This document shows positions 36,076 to 44,865 of a stretch of 55,890 nt of DNA, piece after piece (the first letter of the stretch is position 1; each line of letters starts with the position of its first letter). The notes beneath the pieces are model-generated. The model made no database searches, was not told the DNA's origin, and saw only the letters and a program-made list of their open reading frames with translations. The position numbers and the translations under genes are program-made. This DNA is from a virus (taxonomy: Duplodnaviria > Heunggongvirae > Uroviricota > Caudoviricetes): IMG/VR virus record IMGVR_UViG_3300044719_000150, one strand, 5' to 3'.

Positions 36076-36955
36076 TGCGCTCCTCGTGCAGGCGCTTGCC
36101 CTCCAGCCACAGGTCGCGCAGGATCTCCTTGCTCATCTTGCGCATCGCGCGGGCGTGCTGGTGTCCGGCCGACAGTGGCGAACCGGCGAGGGCGGGCTTG
36201 CCGGAGGGGCCGCAGCGCTTGCAGTCCATCCGGTGCACGCCGTCCGCGTACTTGGCGCGGGTCTCGTCGTAGATGCGCCGATAGGGCGAGCAGTCGCAGC
36301 CGGACTGGTGCTTGACCGTCCCATCCTCCTGCTTGCAGCCCTTCTCCAACTGCTTGAGGCAAGCCTCCGCGATGAGGTAGACGCGCATCTTCGCGGCGTC
36401 ATTCCAGTTGGACTTGACGCCCTTGCGCCGGTGCGGGGCGATGCCGAGGTCGCCGGGCGGCAGGCCCTGTTCGCGCGGCACGACCTCCAGCGTCGCCGGA
36501 TCGATGCGCCACACGCCGTAGCCGCAGAAGCTCCACAGCTCGGAGACCAGGCGCGGCCGGTTGAAGATCGGATGCCAGTACGGGTCGCCGATCGCGGCGA
36601 GCAGCCGACCGCCCTGCTTGAGGCCGATGCCCTTGGTCTTCTTCACCCAGGGGCCGAGCGGATGCTGCTTGACGCCCTGCTCCAGGGATTTGACCGCGAG
36701 CGTCTCGGCCTCGCGCAGGGTGGCGACGATCTCCACGAGGCGCGCGACGGCCGGATGGCCCTCGTCCAGCCCGAACCCGCGCATCTCCCCGTCCTCGTCG
36801 GGCTCGGTGCGGGTGAACTGGCGCAGCCGGTTCTCGGTGGCGATGCGCAACTTCTCTAGGTCGGTCAGGGTGTCCGCGTGGACGGCGAGCATCGCGTCCT
36901 CGGGCCTTCGCGGGACAGGCTGGACAACGACAGGTTCCATGGTGGCTGTGGTCAT
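36068..36955 (-). CDS. tasA: TasA-like Nop-domain protein (IS110/Nop56-58 related) with no RuvC or HNH nuclease domain
   Basis: Coiled coil (LEKLRIATENRL), then KGIG...GRLLAAIGDP, LWSFCGYG, RRKGVKSNWN, YRRIYDETRAKY and HARAMRKMSKEILRDLW, resembling the IS110 C-terminal half; no N-terminal DEDD domain; CCA-N9-CG array directly upstream. Confidence 0.85.
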   Translation of the reverse strand: MTTATMEPVVVQPVPRRPEDAMLAVHADTLTDLEKLRIATENRLRQFTRTEPDEDGEMRGFGLDEGHPAVARLVEIVATLREAETLAVKSLEQGVKQHPLGPWVKKTKGIGLKQGGRLLAAIGDPYWHPIFNRPRLVSELWSFCGYGVWRIDPATLEVVPREQGLPPGDLGIAPHRRKGVKSNWNDAAKMRVYLIAEACLKQLEKGCKQEDGTVKHQSGCDCSPYRRIYDETRAKYADGVHRMDCKRCGPSGKPALAGSPLSAGHQHARAMRKMSKEILRDLWLEGKRLHEERNA

Positions 36956-36976
36956 GGGGTGCTCCCTTCGGTGAGT

Positions 36977-37084
36977 GCGGCGTTACGGCAATGGGTGGCG
37001 CTAGGCAGTGGCCGCGTGTGCTGAGTGGGCTCTGAAGCGGGTTTGGCGGCTGATGTCTGGTCTTGCGAAGGAGGTATGGCCGCG
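36977..37084 (-). ncRNA. Three-unit compact TIGR-type array directly upstream of the TasA-like gene
   Basis: cgcgg-CCA-tacctcctt-CG-caaga-CCA-gacatcagc-CG-CCA-aacccgctt-CA-gagc-CCA-ctcagcaca-CG-cgg-CCA-ctgcctag-CG-ccac-CCA-ttgccgtaa-CG-ccgc; 33-35 nt period. Confidence 0.85.
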
Positions 37085-37086
37085 CT

Positions 37087-37617
37087 CTAGAGTTCTTCGG
37101 GCACGCCCGTCGAGCCGTCGGGAAGCGTGCCGAGCAGGGTGCGCAGCGTCTCGACACTCAGGGCGCCGACGACCTCGCGGCCCTCCAGGATCAGGTTGTC
37201 GCGCAGGCGCTCGTAGCGCTCGGCCTTGCCGATGAAGCGCGCGGCGCGGGCCCGCAAGTCCTTGGCCATGTGCTCCAGGTCGTCCCGCGTGCAGTCCGCG
37301 AGGCGCTTGTGCCCGGCGACGGTCATGACACGGTCTTCCAGGACTTGCCGCCACCACTCGGTGATGCCGGTGACCTTCGCGGAGCGAGTGAGCACCTGCT
37401 GTGCCGACGGGGGCGTGGTGAACGCGCGCTCGGCCGCCATGCGCTGGCGCACGTAGCCGGGCAGAATCGAGACCAGGACTTCCCGCCACTGGTTGGCAGG
37501 AAGGTCATCGACGATGCAGCGGGCGATCTCGTCCGGATCGCTCAGGTCGGTCTCGCTCAGGATGCGCCGGACGCGGCCAGCGAGGTCCATGGGGCGCACG
37601 GGTTCTTCAATTAGCAC
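37087..37617 (-). CDS. Hypothetical protein; candidate TasA partner
   Basis: 176 aa; SAKVTGI...WRQVLEDRV...KRLADCTRDDL; its stop abuts the array. Confidence 0.7.
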   Translation of the reverse strand: MLIEEPVRPMDLAGRVRRILSETDLSDPDEIARCIVDDLPANQWREVLVSILPGYVRQRMAAERAFTTPPSAQQVLTRSAKVTGITEWWRQVLEDRVMTVAGHKRLADCTRDDLEHMAKDLRARAARFIGKAERYERLRDNLILEGREVVGALSVETLRTLLGTLPDGSTGVPEEL

Positions 37618-37685
37618 AGTAAGTGACTCCTCCCTGGTTGCCTACGGTTAACGTACCATGGACAGCCAGGGAGGCGCAACATACG

Positions 37686-37982
37686 TTAGTCCCCGACGAC
37701 GGCGAGGATGTCGTACGGGTTGAGCAGCCGATACTTCTCCCCGCCGCGCTCGATCTCCTGGCCGACGCTGCGGTTGATCAGAACCGTCTGGCCGACCTGC
37801 ACCTCCGGCTTGACCAGCGCGCCGCCGTCCGTGATGCGGCCCGGCCCGGTCGCCACCACGCGCACCTCGGCCAGCGGGGCGACGCTCTGCGGCACAATCA
37901 GGCCGCCGACCTTGTGCTCCGCCTCGTTGACCGGCGCCAGCGTCAGGATGCGCTCTCCACACGGAGCGATGTCAATCGTCAT
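37686..37982 (-). CDS. groES: GroES/Cpn10-like co-chaperonin
   Basis: PCGERIL...GGLIVP...VVATGPG...EVQVGQTVL...GQEI...KYRLL...DILAVV. Confidence 0.9.
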   Translation of the reverse strand: MTIDIAPCGERILTLAPVNEAEHKVGGLIVPQSVAPLAEVRVVATGPGRITDGGALVKPEVQVGQTVLINRSVGQEIERGGEKYRLLNPYDILAVVGD

Positions 37983-38038
37983 GCTCTCCCTCTCGTTGAA
38001 CCGCGCAGGGCCGTCGCGGGTGGACCCTGCGCGGGGAT

Positions 38039-38368
38039 CTATTTCTTCAGCGCGACGAGAATAACCTCAGCCAGCGCGACGGCGCGCATGTCAGCGGCGA
38101 TCTCCTTGGCGTCCAGCGCCAACTCCCGCAGGTACTCGGCCAGCAGCCGGGCGAACCCCGGCGACCACGCAGCGATCCACAAGACGCGTGAGGCGTCCGT
38201 CTCGGCAACCCAGGTGTCGTCACCAGCGATCACCTCGAATTCGTCGTACTGGATCTTCTGGGGTCGCCACGGCGCGGGCGGCAGCTCATCGGCCCAAGAG
38301 TCGATCAGGTCGGCTGCCGCCTCCAGCGTCTCGGACGGCGTCAGCTCGACCTCCAATTCGTCGGTCAC
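38039..38368 (-). CDS. Hypothetical protein
   Basis: GTG start overlapping the Lsr2 stop. Confidence 0.65.
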   Translation of the reverse strand: MTDELEVELTPSETLEAAADLIDSWADELPPAPWRPQKIQYDEFEVIAGDDTWVAETDASRVLWIAAWSPGFARLLAEYLRELALDAKEIAADMRAVALAEVILVALKK

Positions 38369-38691
38369 TTCTGCGCCGCCAGATACCAGTCTTCCACCTG
38401 CTTGGAGATCGGGCCGCGAGCGGGCACCTCCACCCCCTGCTCGGCCGCCCACTCACGCACCAGGCCGGGGACGGCGCGCGGCTGGCGCACCCGCCGCCGC
38501 CGGGGCGGCTGGACGCGGGCCACATCCTGCGCGGCCTCTATGTAGGGGCTGAGCGCCGCGAAGAGTTCCTCCTGGTGCTCGGGGCACAGATCGAGGAAGT
38601 AGCGCTCTCCGCCGATGGAAAACTCCACTGGCGCGCCTGGATTGGTCTTGTCGCGGTCGCACACGCGTTTCGTCATCATTCTCTGGGACAT
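38365..38691 (-). CDS. lsr2: Lsr2-like nucleoid-associated / silencer protein
   Basis: VEFSIGGERYFLDLC...EEL..AL.PYIEAA and VREWAAEQGVEVPARGPIS. Confidence 0.9.
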   Translation of the reverse strand: MSQRMMTKRVCDRDKTNPGAPVEFSIGGERYFLDLCPEHQEELFAALSPYIEAAQDVARVQPPRRRRVRQPRAVPGLVREWAAEQGVEVPARGPISKQVEDWYLAAQK

Positions 38692-38706
38692 GTCGCATCC
38701 TTTACA

Positions 38707-38916
38707 TCAGGCCGATTCTTCCTCGCCGCACAGGTGCGCGTAATCGTGGTCGAGGTGGCGCCCGGCCTGCCGGACGCAGTACCAGTCCGACACCTGGTCT
38801 GAGATGTGCTCGCCGAAACGGATCCCGGCCATGATGGCGGCGCCGATGAAGAAGGCGGCCACCGCCATGGCGAGCCCGCCGCCCAGAACGTATTGCGCGA
38901 AGTGTACGACACCCAT
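38707..38916 (-). CDS. Small membrane protein
   Basis: One TM helix. Confidence 0.6.
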   Translation of the reverse strand: MGVVHFAQYVLGGGLAMAVAAFFIGAAIMAGIRFGEHISDQVSDWYCVRQAGRHLDHDYAHLCGEEESA

Positions 38917-38971
38917 ACCTTAGCCTCCCTGGTTACGCCCGTCCATAGTAGGGGTCCGGAGGCTAACGGAG

Positions 38972-39373
38972 CTAATCCTCTGGCGGCGTTGGACTGTACT
39001 GTCCATCTCTGGTGAGATGGACGAATCCCCGCGCGTAGATCTTCACCGGCTCCCGCGCCGGATCGCCACTGGCGTACAACAGGAAGCCGTCCCGGTATGC
39101 CTGGAGGCGGTAGATCTCCACGCCGCGCAGATGGCAGGCGTCGCACAGCATGACCAGGTTCGACGGCTCGTTGATCGCCGGATCACTGGTGCCACCCATG
39201 CGCCGGGGCTTGCGGTGGTGGATCTGGAGGCCGCCCTCGGCCCCACACCCACAGCGTTCGCAGGTATATCTACACCTCTGGATGACCAGGTCGCGCACAG
39301 GGGCCGAAGGCCCGGTGTCCCGAGGGGTCCGGGCCTTCGAAGTGCGGTTCAACGGCTTGCGCTTGCGCTTCAC
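38972..39373 (-). CDS. HNH endonuclease
   Basis: CERCG...QIHHRKPRRMGG...NLVMLCDACH; GTG start at 39373. Confidence 0.85.
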   Translation of the reverse strand: MKRKRKPLNRTSKARTPRDTGPSAPVRDLVIQRCRYTCERCGCGAEGGLQIHHRKPRRMGGTSDPAINEPSNLVMLCDACHLRGVEIYRLQAYRDGFLLYASGDPAREPVKIYARGFVHLTRDGQYSPTPPED

Positions 39374-39777
39374 GCCGCAGGCAATCCTTCGGCCAGCCGC
39401 GTCTGAGCCAGAAGCGCGTGATACTCGTCGGCATGCCGCTCCCGCAGCATCCGATCGGCGTTGCGGGCCGCGCGCGCCGTCGCGCTGCGCACCTCCGCCA
39501 CGGCCGGGTCCTGGAGGTGTCCACGCACCCTCTGGGACTCGTTCTTGAGGTAGTCCTCGCCCTCGCTGACCAGGCGCTCCTGGCGCCGCTTGCGCGAGAA
39601 ACTCTTGTGGCACTCTTTGCACCAGCTCATGCGCCGACGCTCGGTGTCGGGGGCGTCTCGCCGCTTCTTGCCGAGGTAGAAGTCGGTCAGGAGCTTGACC
39701 TCGTGGCACCGGGTGCATTTCTTGAGGCCCGGCGCGACGGGTGGGGCATCTTCGTCTTCGGTTGTTCTCACAGGCAT
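39370..39777 (-). CDS. Zinc-finger protein
   Basis: KKCTRCHEVKLLTDFY...SWCKECH. Confidence 0.7.
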   Translation of the reverse strand: MPVRTTEDEDAPPVAPGLKKCTRCHEVKLLTDFYLGKKRRDAPDTERRRMSWCKECHKSFSRKRRQERLVSEGEDYLKNESQRVRGHLQDPAVAEVRSATARAARNADRMLRERHADEYHALLAQTRLAEGLPAA

Positions 39778-39856
39778 ACTCCTTACCGTGGTGCTCGCAT
39801 TAGCGTATCACGAACGATCTTGCGACGCCATACGAGCCACAGAAGGGGAGGGACGC

Positions 39857-41155
39857 TTACGTTCTATCCCGTGCCATGTCAGAGAAACATGCCCGATGCC
39901 CCCGGAACGCAGCCGTGGTGATGCCGGTGCGTCCGTCGCGCTGCTTCGCCAAGATCAAATCTATCTCGCCCGGCCGCTCGTTCTCGTCGCGCGTCTCGGG
40001 CCGGTCCAGCAGGATCGTGCAGTCGGCCGCCTGGCCGATCTTGTCCGAGCCGCCGAAGTCCTCCACCCTGGGCACGCCGCCCGCGCGCTGCGTCGAGTTG
40101 CGATTGAGCTGGGCCAGCGCCAGGACGTGCAGGTTCTGAGAGCGTGCCAGCTGCTTGAGCCCATAGGCATTGTAGCCGACCGCCTCCTCCTCCCGGCGCG
40201 CCCAGCCCGGCCACGACAGCAGCTGATGAAAGTCGATCACCACGAAGCCGGGGCCGCCACGGAACAGGTCCCGCGAGATCGCGGTGATCTCGGCCAGGCC
40301 CACCTGGTCTTCGATGATCGTCAGCGGCGCCTGCTCCAGGGCGTCGTACGCCTGCTGGATCGCCCACTTGTCCCGCTCGTTCATCGGACACTTCAGCGGC
40401 TGTGTCAGCTTGTCCAGGTCCACCTCGGCGTAGCCGGAGATGAGCCTGCGGGTCACCTGCGTCGCGCCCATCTCCATGGTGAACAAGACGGTCGGGAACT
40501 TGTTCTTGATCGTGTTCTCGCGGATGAACATCGACGCGCCCAGCGACTTGCCGTGCGCTGGTCGGCCGCCGATAACGTGGAGCTGGCCCTCGCCAATGCC
40601 CTGATAGAACTCGTCCAGGGACTTCAGTCCGCTGCGCATGACCACCGGATCGGAGGGGTTGGCCACCTCCTCCAGCACCTGCGCCAGCGCATCTGAGAGC
40701 GTCGTTCCGCGCGAGCGCCGCGCATCGCGCACGCCTTCCAGCTCGCCGTACGCCTGGTCCAGCATCTTTTCCAGGTCGTCAAGGACGGTTTCCTGGCCCA
40801 TCTGCCGGATGCGCAGCGCCGCCGCCTGGAACCGCCGCAGCCGCGCCATGGCGGCCACTTGGCGCGCGTACACGACCGCTGAGCCGACGTACTCGCCCGC
40901 GAGGCCGTGGATGACTACCGCCCCGCCGACCTTCTGGAGGTCGCCGGAAGCCAGCAGCGAGGAGCAGAGGCTGATCGCGTCCACCCGCTCGCCCCGCAGG
41001 TACATCTCCACGATGCGGGCGAAGATCGTCTCGTAGGGGGGCTTGTAGAAGTCCGCCGCCTTGACCTCCTGGAGCGCCTCGCCGATCTCGCGCGAGGTGG
41101 AGATCATCGCGGCGAGCGTCGCCCGCTCCGCGCCCTCGTCCCAGGCCGGTTCCAT
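39857..41155 (-). CDS. dnaB: DnaB-like replicative helicase
   Basis: AERATLAAMI...DFY..PYETIF; GGRPAHGKS Walker A; FTMEM, VVIDFHQL, LAQLNR, IGQAAD and AKQRDGRTG. Confidence 0.95.
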   Translation of the reverse strand: MEPAWDEGAERATLAAMISTSREIGEALQEVKAADFYKPPYETIFARIVEMYLRGERVDAISLCSSLLASGDLQKVGGAVVIHGLAGEYVGSAVVYARQVAAMARLRRFQAAALRIRQMGQETVLDDLEKMLDQAYGELEGVRDARRSRGTTLSDALAQVLEEVANPSDPVVMRSGLKSLDEFYQGIGEGQLHVIGGRPAHGKSLGASMFIRENTIKNKFPTVLFTMEMGATQVTRRLISGYAEVDLDKLTQPLKCPMNERDKWAIQQAYDALEQAPLTIIEDQVGLAEITAISRDLFRGGPGFVVIDFHQLLSWPGWARREEEAVGYNAYGLKQLARSQNLHVLALAQLNRNSTQRAGGVPRVEDFGGSDKIGQAADCTILLDRPETRDENERPGEIDLILAKQRDGRTGITTAAFRGHRACFSDMARDRT

Positions 41156-41160
41156 GTCCC

Positions 41161-41541
41161 TCAAGCGGTCAACTCCGGTCGGCCGCCCGCGCCGCGCTCG
41201 ATCTTCCCGCTGGCCACCAGTTCCGCCAGCTCGCGGGTCCGGCGCATGTGCAGCTCCCCGAACGGCTCGTTGTCCAGTTCGGGCCACACCTGCTCGGGGA
41301 TCAGCGAACCGTAGGCGCGCCGCCGGGCCTCGCGGATCTCCTTGACGCCCTGCACGATGTGCCCGGCCTCCATCCACTCGCCGGGGTGCTCCCGCAGGTA
41401 CTCCACGACCACGGCCCTGGCGTCCGTGAAGTCCGTGTCGGCGAGGATGAGCTGCCAGGATTCGACCTGCTCCCTGCTGAATTTCATCTGCTTGACATCG
41501 CCGATGATGGTGGTCAGCACCGACGTCTCGGTCAGGTTCAC
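41161..41541 (-). CDS. Putative helicase loader / replication accessory protein
   Basis: Between initiator and DnaB; ESWQLIL...DARAVV...GHIV pattern. Confidence 0.6.
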   Translation of the reverse strand: MNLTETSVLTTIIGDVKQMKFSREQVESWQLILADTDFTDARAVVVEYLREHPGEWMEAGHIVQGVKEIREARRRAYGSLIPEQVWPELDNEPFGELHMRRTRELAELVASGKIERGAGGRPELTA

Positions 41542-42737
41542 GCGATCTCCCTTCTCACGATCTCACCCGGAATCGTCGCCCGCGCGGTGATGCGTGCCCA
41601 CGGGTCCTCCGCCGCCCCCGGAGTCGGCGTGCCGTACTCCTTTTCGGCGAAGTAGGCGACGAGGGAGCGGTTGTGCGCGGAGCGCTCCTCGGCCTTGCTC
41701 AGTGCCGCAGGGCGGTGCTGCTCGTTCCACTCCCGCAGCGCCTGTGCCCGCAGCTTGTCGTACTGCTTGCGGAACGTCGGCATCGAATGGATATTCCCAG
41801 CCCAGAAATCATCCTGCTGGCTCCATTCCAGAAGTCTCATCGCCTTTTCGAAGGTAATGCGCTCCTTGTTGGGGCCGGTGCGGTCGTTGTCGAGCAGGAG
41901 CCTTGCGGCGTCGCGCCATTTCTTGGTGATGGTGGGTTCGCGGTTTCCGTTTTCCACCACCTTCTCGGCGAGGCGCTGGCACAGCCGCTCGACATCCTCG
42001 CGGACCGGCTCGGCGATCTTAGCAGTGTCCTGCTGCTCGTCGTCAAGCACTCCGACGATGATCGTGACCGAGGGGGCGTCGGGGGCGTCGGGGGCGTCGC
42101 GCAGCGGCGGCTCCGACGAAAAAGAAGAACTAAGCCCAGTGTGTACGTGAGTAAAAGAACTACCTGTACCTGTACCTAGGGGGTCTCCGATACCCTCCCG
42201 AGAGGGTTTCGCCTCCATCTCATATTCTGATACATCGCAGGTCATGCCCCGCAGAAGCTCTTCGCGCACCTGCTGGACGCGGAGAGTGACCTGGGTCCTC
42301 ACGGAAGGTCCGCCCTTGGGCGAGGGGTCGTTCTTCAGCTCGCCGAGCGGCAGCCGGTCAAGCTCGTGCAGCAGCGCCCGGCGCAGCTTGCCGGACTCGA
42401 TCTCCACCACAGCGGGCGCCATGGAGGCGACGATCAGCGGCTGCTTCCACACGCCCGAGTTGCGCACATAGGTGCGGATCAGCAATTCGTCGGTGTCGTA
42501 GTCCACGACGATGAAGCGGGCGATCTCCAATTCCGCCAGCTGCTTTTCCAGGTCGTGCTTTTCGAGGTTGATGGCCTTGTTGGCCCATTTCTTCAGGTTG
42601 ATATCCGTGTAGCCGACCTTGCTCAGGCTCGGCTGGGAGAGCAGGAAGAAATAGAGCCGCTGCGCTTCGACCGTCAGGGAGAGGAAGTCCTTGTCCGACC
42701 AGACAGAGGTCATGATCGCGGCGTACGTGTGGCTCAT
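41538..42737 (-). CDS. Phage replication initiator
   Basis: N-terminal IMTSVWSDKDFLSLT...RLYFFLLSQ wHTH; C-terminal WRDAARLLLD...DDFWAGNIHSMPTFRKQYDKLR. Confidence 0.85.
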   Translation of the reverse strand: MSHTYAAIMTSVWSDKDFLSLTVEAQRLYFFLLSQPSLSKVGYTDINLKKWANKAINLEKHDLEKQLAELEIARFIVVDYDTDELLIRTYVRNSGVWKQPLIVASMAPAVVEIESGKLRRALLHELDRLPLGELKNDPSPKGGPSVRTQVTLRVQQVREELLRGMTCDVSEYEMEAKPSREGIGDPLGTGTGSSFTHVHTGLSSSFSSEPPLRDAPDAPDAPSVTIIVGVLDDEQQDTAKIAEPVREDVERLCQRLAEKVVENGNREPTITKKWRDAARLLLDNDRTGPNKERITFEKAMRLLEWSQQDDFWAGNIHSMPTFRKQYDKLRAQALREWNEQHRPAALSKAEERSAHNRSLVAYFAEKEYGTPTPGAAEDPWARITARATIPGEIVRREIA

Positions 42738-42934
42738 CGCGCCACCGCCGGGGAGCCGCTGCCGATCGCTACTTGCACCGTGGGCATGCTTACGCTAAGC
42801 TCCTCGCATATTGAAGTGAACGGAGCGCGCCCTGACATCCGGCTAAAGATGGGGCGCGCTCCGTGCTGCCTGCCCGCTATCGTACGCGGGCCGAGGCCGT
42901 CTCGCAACGGCCGAACGGCAATCAACCACTTGCG

Positions 42935-43375
42935 CTAAAGCGCGCTGATGGCACTGTCGAACTCCTGGATCTGCGCGAGAAGATTAAGGCATTGCGACGC
43001 CGTGTTCGCGAGCAGCAGCATCGCCCTTTCGATCTCGCTTTCGCATGATCCGCGAAAGTGTGTCATGTAGCTCTCGCTCCACTCTTGCGATCCGTCCAGC
43101 ACGGCGCCGACGTACCCATAGGCGAAGTGTTCGGCGCTGCCCGGCTCGAAGCCGTGCGGACTGAGGGGCTGGCCGCCGATTTCGCGGTAGTACATGGTGA
43201 TCGGGGTTGCCAGCGCGCCGAGAATCTTGAAGATGTACTCGCGCCCGTGGCGCCGGATCTCAGCGGCGACACTGCTGGCCATCTCGGGGAAGCGGTGCCG
43301 GGTGAAGACGATCAACCGGACGGCGTGTTCCTGCGCGTCTGGAGCCTGGGCCAGCACGCGGGTAGGCAGGGTCAA
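42935..43375 (-). CDS. Hypothetical protein
   Basis: TTG start after AAGGAGG. Confidence 0.6.
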   Translation of the reverse strand: MTLPTRVLAQAPDAQEHAVRLIVFTRHRFPEMASSVAAEIRRHGREYIFKILGALATPITMYYREIGGQPLSPHGFEPGSAEHFAYGYVGAVLDGSQEWSESYMTHFRGSCESEIERAMLLLANTASQCLNLLAQIQEFDSAISAL

Positions 43376-43469
43376 GGGGAACCTCCTTAAGGATCGCTGC
43401 GGTGGGGCCACCGTATATGCGCTCTGTGGCGGCGTCAATCAAAAGAGGGATTGCGGTCCAGATGCACAC

Positions 43470-43481
43470 GTGATACGTTAG
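43470..43481 (+). promoter_or_regulatory. Recurrent motif GTGATACGTTAG in the divergent intergenic region
   Basis: Exact motif between the leftward replication operon and rightward 43515. Confidence 0.65.
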
Positions 43482-43514
43482 TCCCATCAGCCAGCCACTG
43501 CGAGGAGGTCTGAC

Positions 43515-43730
43515 GTGAGCAAGAAGTACGAACTGTCGATCACCGGCCCCGACGCCGAGCCCGAAGTGCCCGGCATGCCGGAGGTGATGGAGATCAGCAA
43601 CGGGACCACGGCGTGTAACACGTACGTGCGCCTCGGGCAGCGCGGCAACGACGTCACCCTCAAGGCGCCGAACGGCCACAAGATCCGCTACGCGACCACG
43701 CCGGACCCCTGGGGCCAGCCCCTCGGCTAA
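43515..43730 (+). CDS. Small hypothetical protein
   Basis: GTG start after GAGGAGG; its stop lies inside a motif copy. Confidence 0.65.
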   Translation: MSKKYELSITGPDAEPEVPGMPEVMEISNGTTACNTYVRLGQRGNDVTLKAPNGHKIRYATTPDPWGQPLG

Positions 43731-43738
43731 CGTATCAC
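43727..43738 (+). promoter_or_regulatory. Motif copy CTAACGTATCAC (inverse orientation) abutting a guide array
   Basis: Exact match; TAACGT is also a TAnnnT hexamer. Confidence 0.55.
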
Positions 43739-43893
43739 CGGCGGCCAGGTTCTACTCGTCAGCCATTCCTCCTTCGCCGCCGAAGCACGACCACCGCCAG
43801 CCAGTTGCAGTGCGCAAGCCCAGTGATCGAACGCTGGCGATCCAAATCACACCGGCCACTTCGGTAGCGACACCCAAGATGAACCCGCCGGTG
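43739..43893 (+). ncRNA. Three-unit stem-closed tigRNA-like array (about 55-nt period)
   Basis: CGGCGG-CCA-ggttctact-CG-tcag-CCA-ttcctcctt-CG-CCGCCG; CGCCAG-CCA-gttgcagtg-CG-caagc-CCA-gtgatcgaa-CG-CTGGCG; CACCGG-CCA-cttcggtag-CG-acac-CCA-agatgaacc-CG-CCGGTG. Confidence 0.92.
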
Positions 43894-43934
43894 CGCAGCA
43901 CGCCCAAGAAACCCGATACCAAGGAGGCATACAC

Positions 43935-44642
43935 ATGCTCGAATCCGTTCAGAAGTACTTCGACGCCAAGGAAGCGGCTGAGGCCGAGCACACCAAGGCG
44001 ATTGGGGTCGCCGACACCGAGTACAACGCGACCGACCGGAGCGGCCCCAATCGCCGTATGCGCGCCCAGCGCCACAGTGTGGCGGGCACGCGCCGCGAGC
44101 TGGCCTTCGCCCAGGCGTGGCTGGACCTGCTCGACGCCGACGACCCGCTCGTCAGGTACATCGCCGCCAACTTCGACGGCTACAAGAGCTATGCGGACAT
44201 CGTCCTGCGCGAGCTGCCCGCCAACCTGTCGCGGCTGCGTCAGATCCGGCACGAGCAGGGCTGGTGCGGCGACTACAGCAGCTACCTGAACGAGGCGGTA
44301 CGCCTGGGTCTGATCGAGGACGACATGACCCCGCAGCGCCGTGCGCTGGACGACTGGGTCGTGCGCAACGTCGGCAGCGGCTACACGGAGCAGGCGACGC
44401 AGCTCGTGGACGCGATCATCGAGTCCGAGGCGATCCCGGCGCTGGACGTGGCCGCCGTACAGCAGGAGCAGCTGGCCCGCGTGGACGAGGCCTGGGGTCA
44501 CATCCGGGAGGTGGCCCCCGAGATGATCAACCGGGATGCCGCCGAGCACCTGTTCCGCCAGGCGGCGCGCACGATCATCCTCGGCGACGGCGCGCTGTTC
44601 GCGGACGCGGTCGCCGACCCGGAGCCGGTCGAGGCCGAGTAG
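43935..44642 (+). CDS. Hypothetical protein
   Basis: 235 aa after AAGGAGG. Confidence 0.75.
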   Translation: MLESVQKYFDAKEAAEAEHTKAIGVADTEYNATDRSGPNRRMRAQRHSVAGTRRELAFAQAWLDLLDADDPLVRYIAANFDGYKSYADIVLRELPANLSRLRQIRHEQGWCGDYSSYLNEAVRLGLIEDDMTPQRRALDDWVVRNVGSGYTEQATQLVDAIIESEAIPALDVAAVQQEQLARVDEAWGHIREVAPEMINRDAAEHLFRQAARTIILGDGALFADAVADPEPVEAE

Positions 44643-44653
44643 CACCCGAGCTT

Positions 44654-44750
44654 CACCGGCTACACGACCGAGGGGGCCCAACCCCCTTTCGCCGGTGGCC
44701 AGATGTTGGCGGCTAATCAGTCGGCGTGATCCAAACCTCGACCGCCGCCG
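44654..44750 (+). ncRNA. Two tigRNA-like units with CTA as the first box
   Basis: CACCGG-CTA-cacgaccga-GG-gggc-CCA-acccccttt-CG-CCGGTG and TGGCGG-CTA-atcagtcgg-CG-tgat-CCA-aacctcgac-CG-CCGCCG. Confidence 0.8.
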
Positions 44751-44865
44751 CGCCGTAAGCCCCGAGGAGTCCACCACGCCTCGGGGCTATACGGCTGTCG
44801 GTGTTCCGTGCTTGAATTGCTCCTGCGTACCCGCGCTGCGGCGCCACATCGCAAGGAGTATGTGC

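Noticed and set aside
36068-36955. Calling the gene an IS110 transposase or insertion sequence
   Set aside because: The N-terminal DEDD RuvC-like domain is absent, the gene sits in a phage operon, and the flanking non-coding DNA is a CCA-N9-CG array rather than an obvious IS end. TasA fits better.
37629-37674. Possible decayed guide unit (CCTCCCTGG-CTG-N9-CG-ttaa-CCG-N7-CCAGGGAGG) after a motif copy
   Set aside because: Both C boxes are degenerate and the final CG is missing; not counted among the 28, though it may be a relic.
38001-38034. Hairpin with a single CCA...CG pair; similar hairpins near 42821-42863 and 44757-44798
   Set aside because: Only one half-unit or none; more simply ordinary terminator or stability hairpins.
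42734-42925. 63-aa ORF between the initiator and 42935
   Set aside because: No clear RBS or recognisable motif, and it overlaps a hairpin-rich region that may be regulatory; left unannotated.
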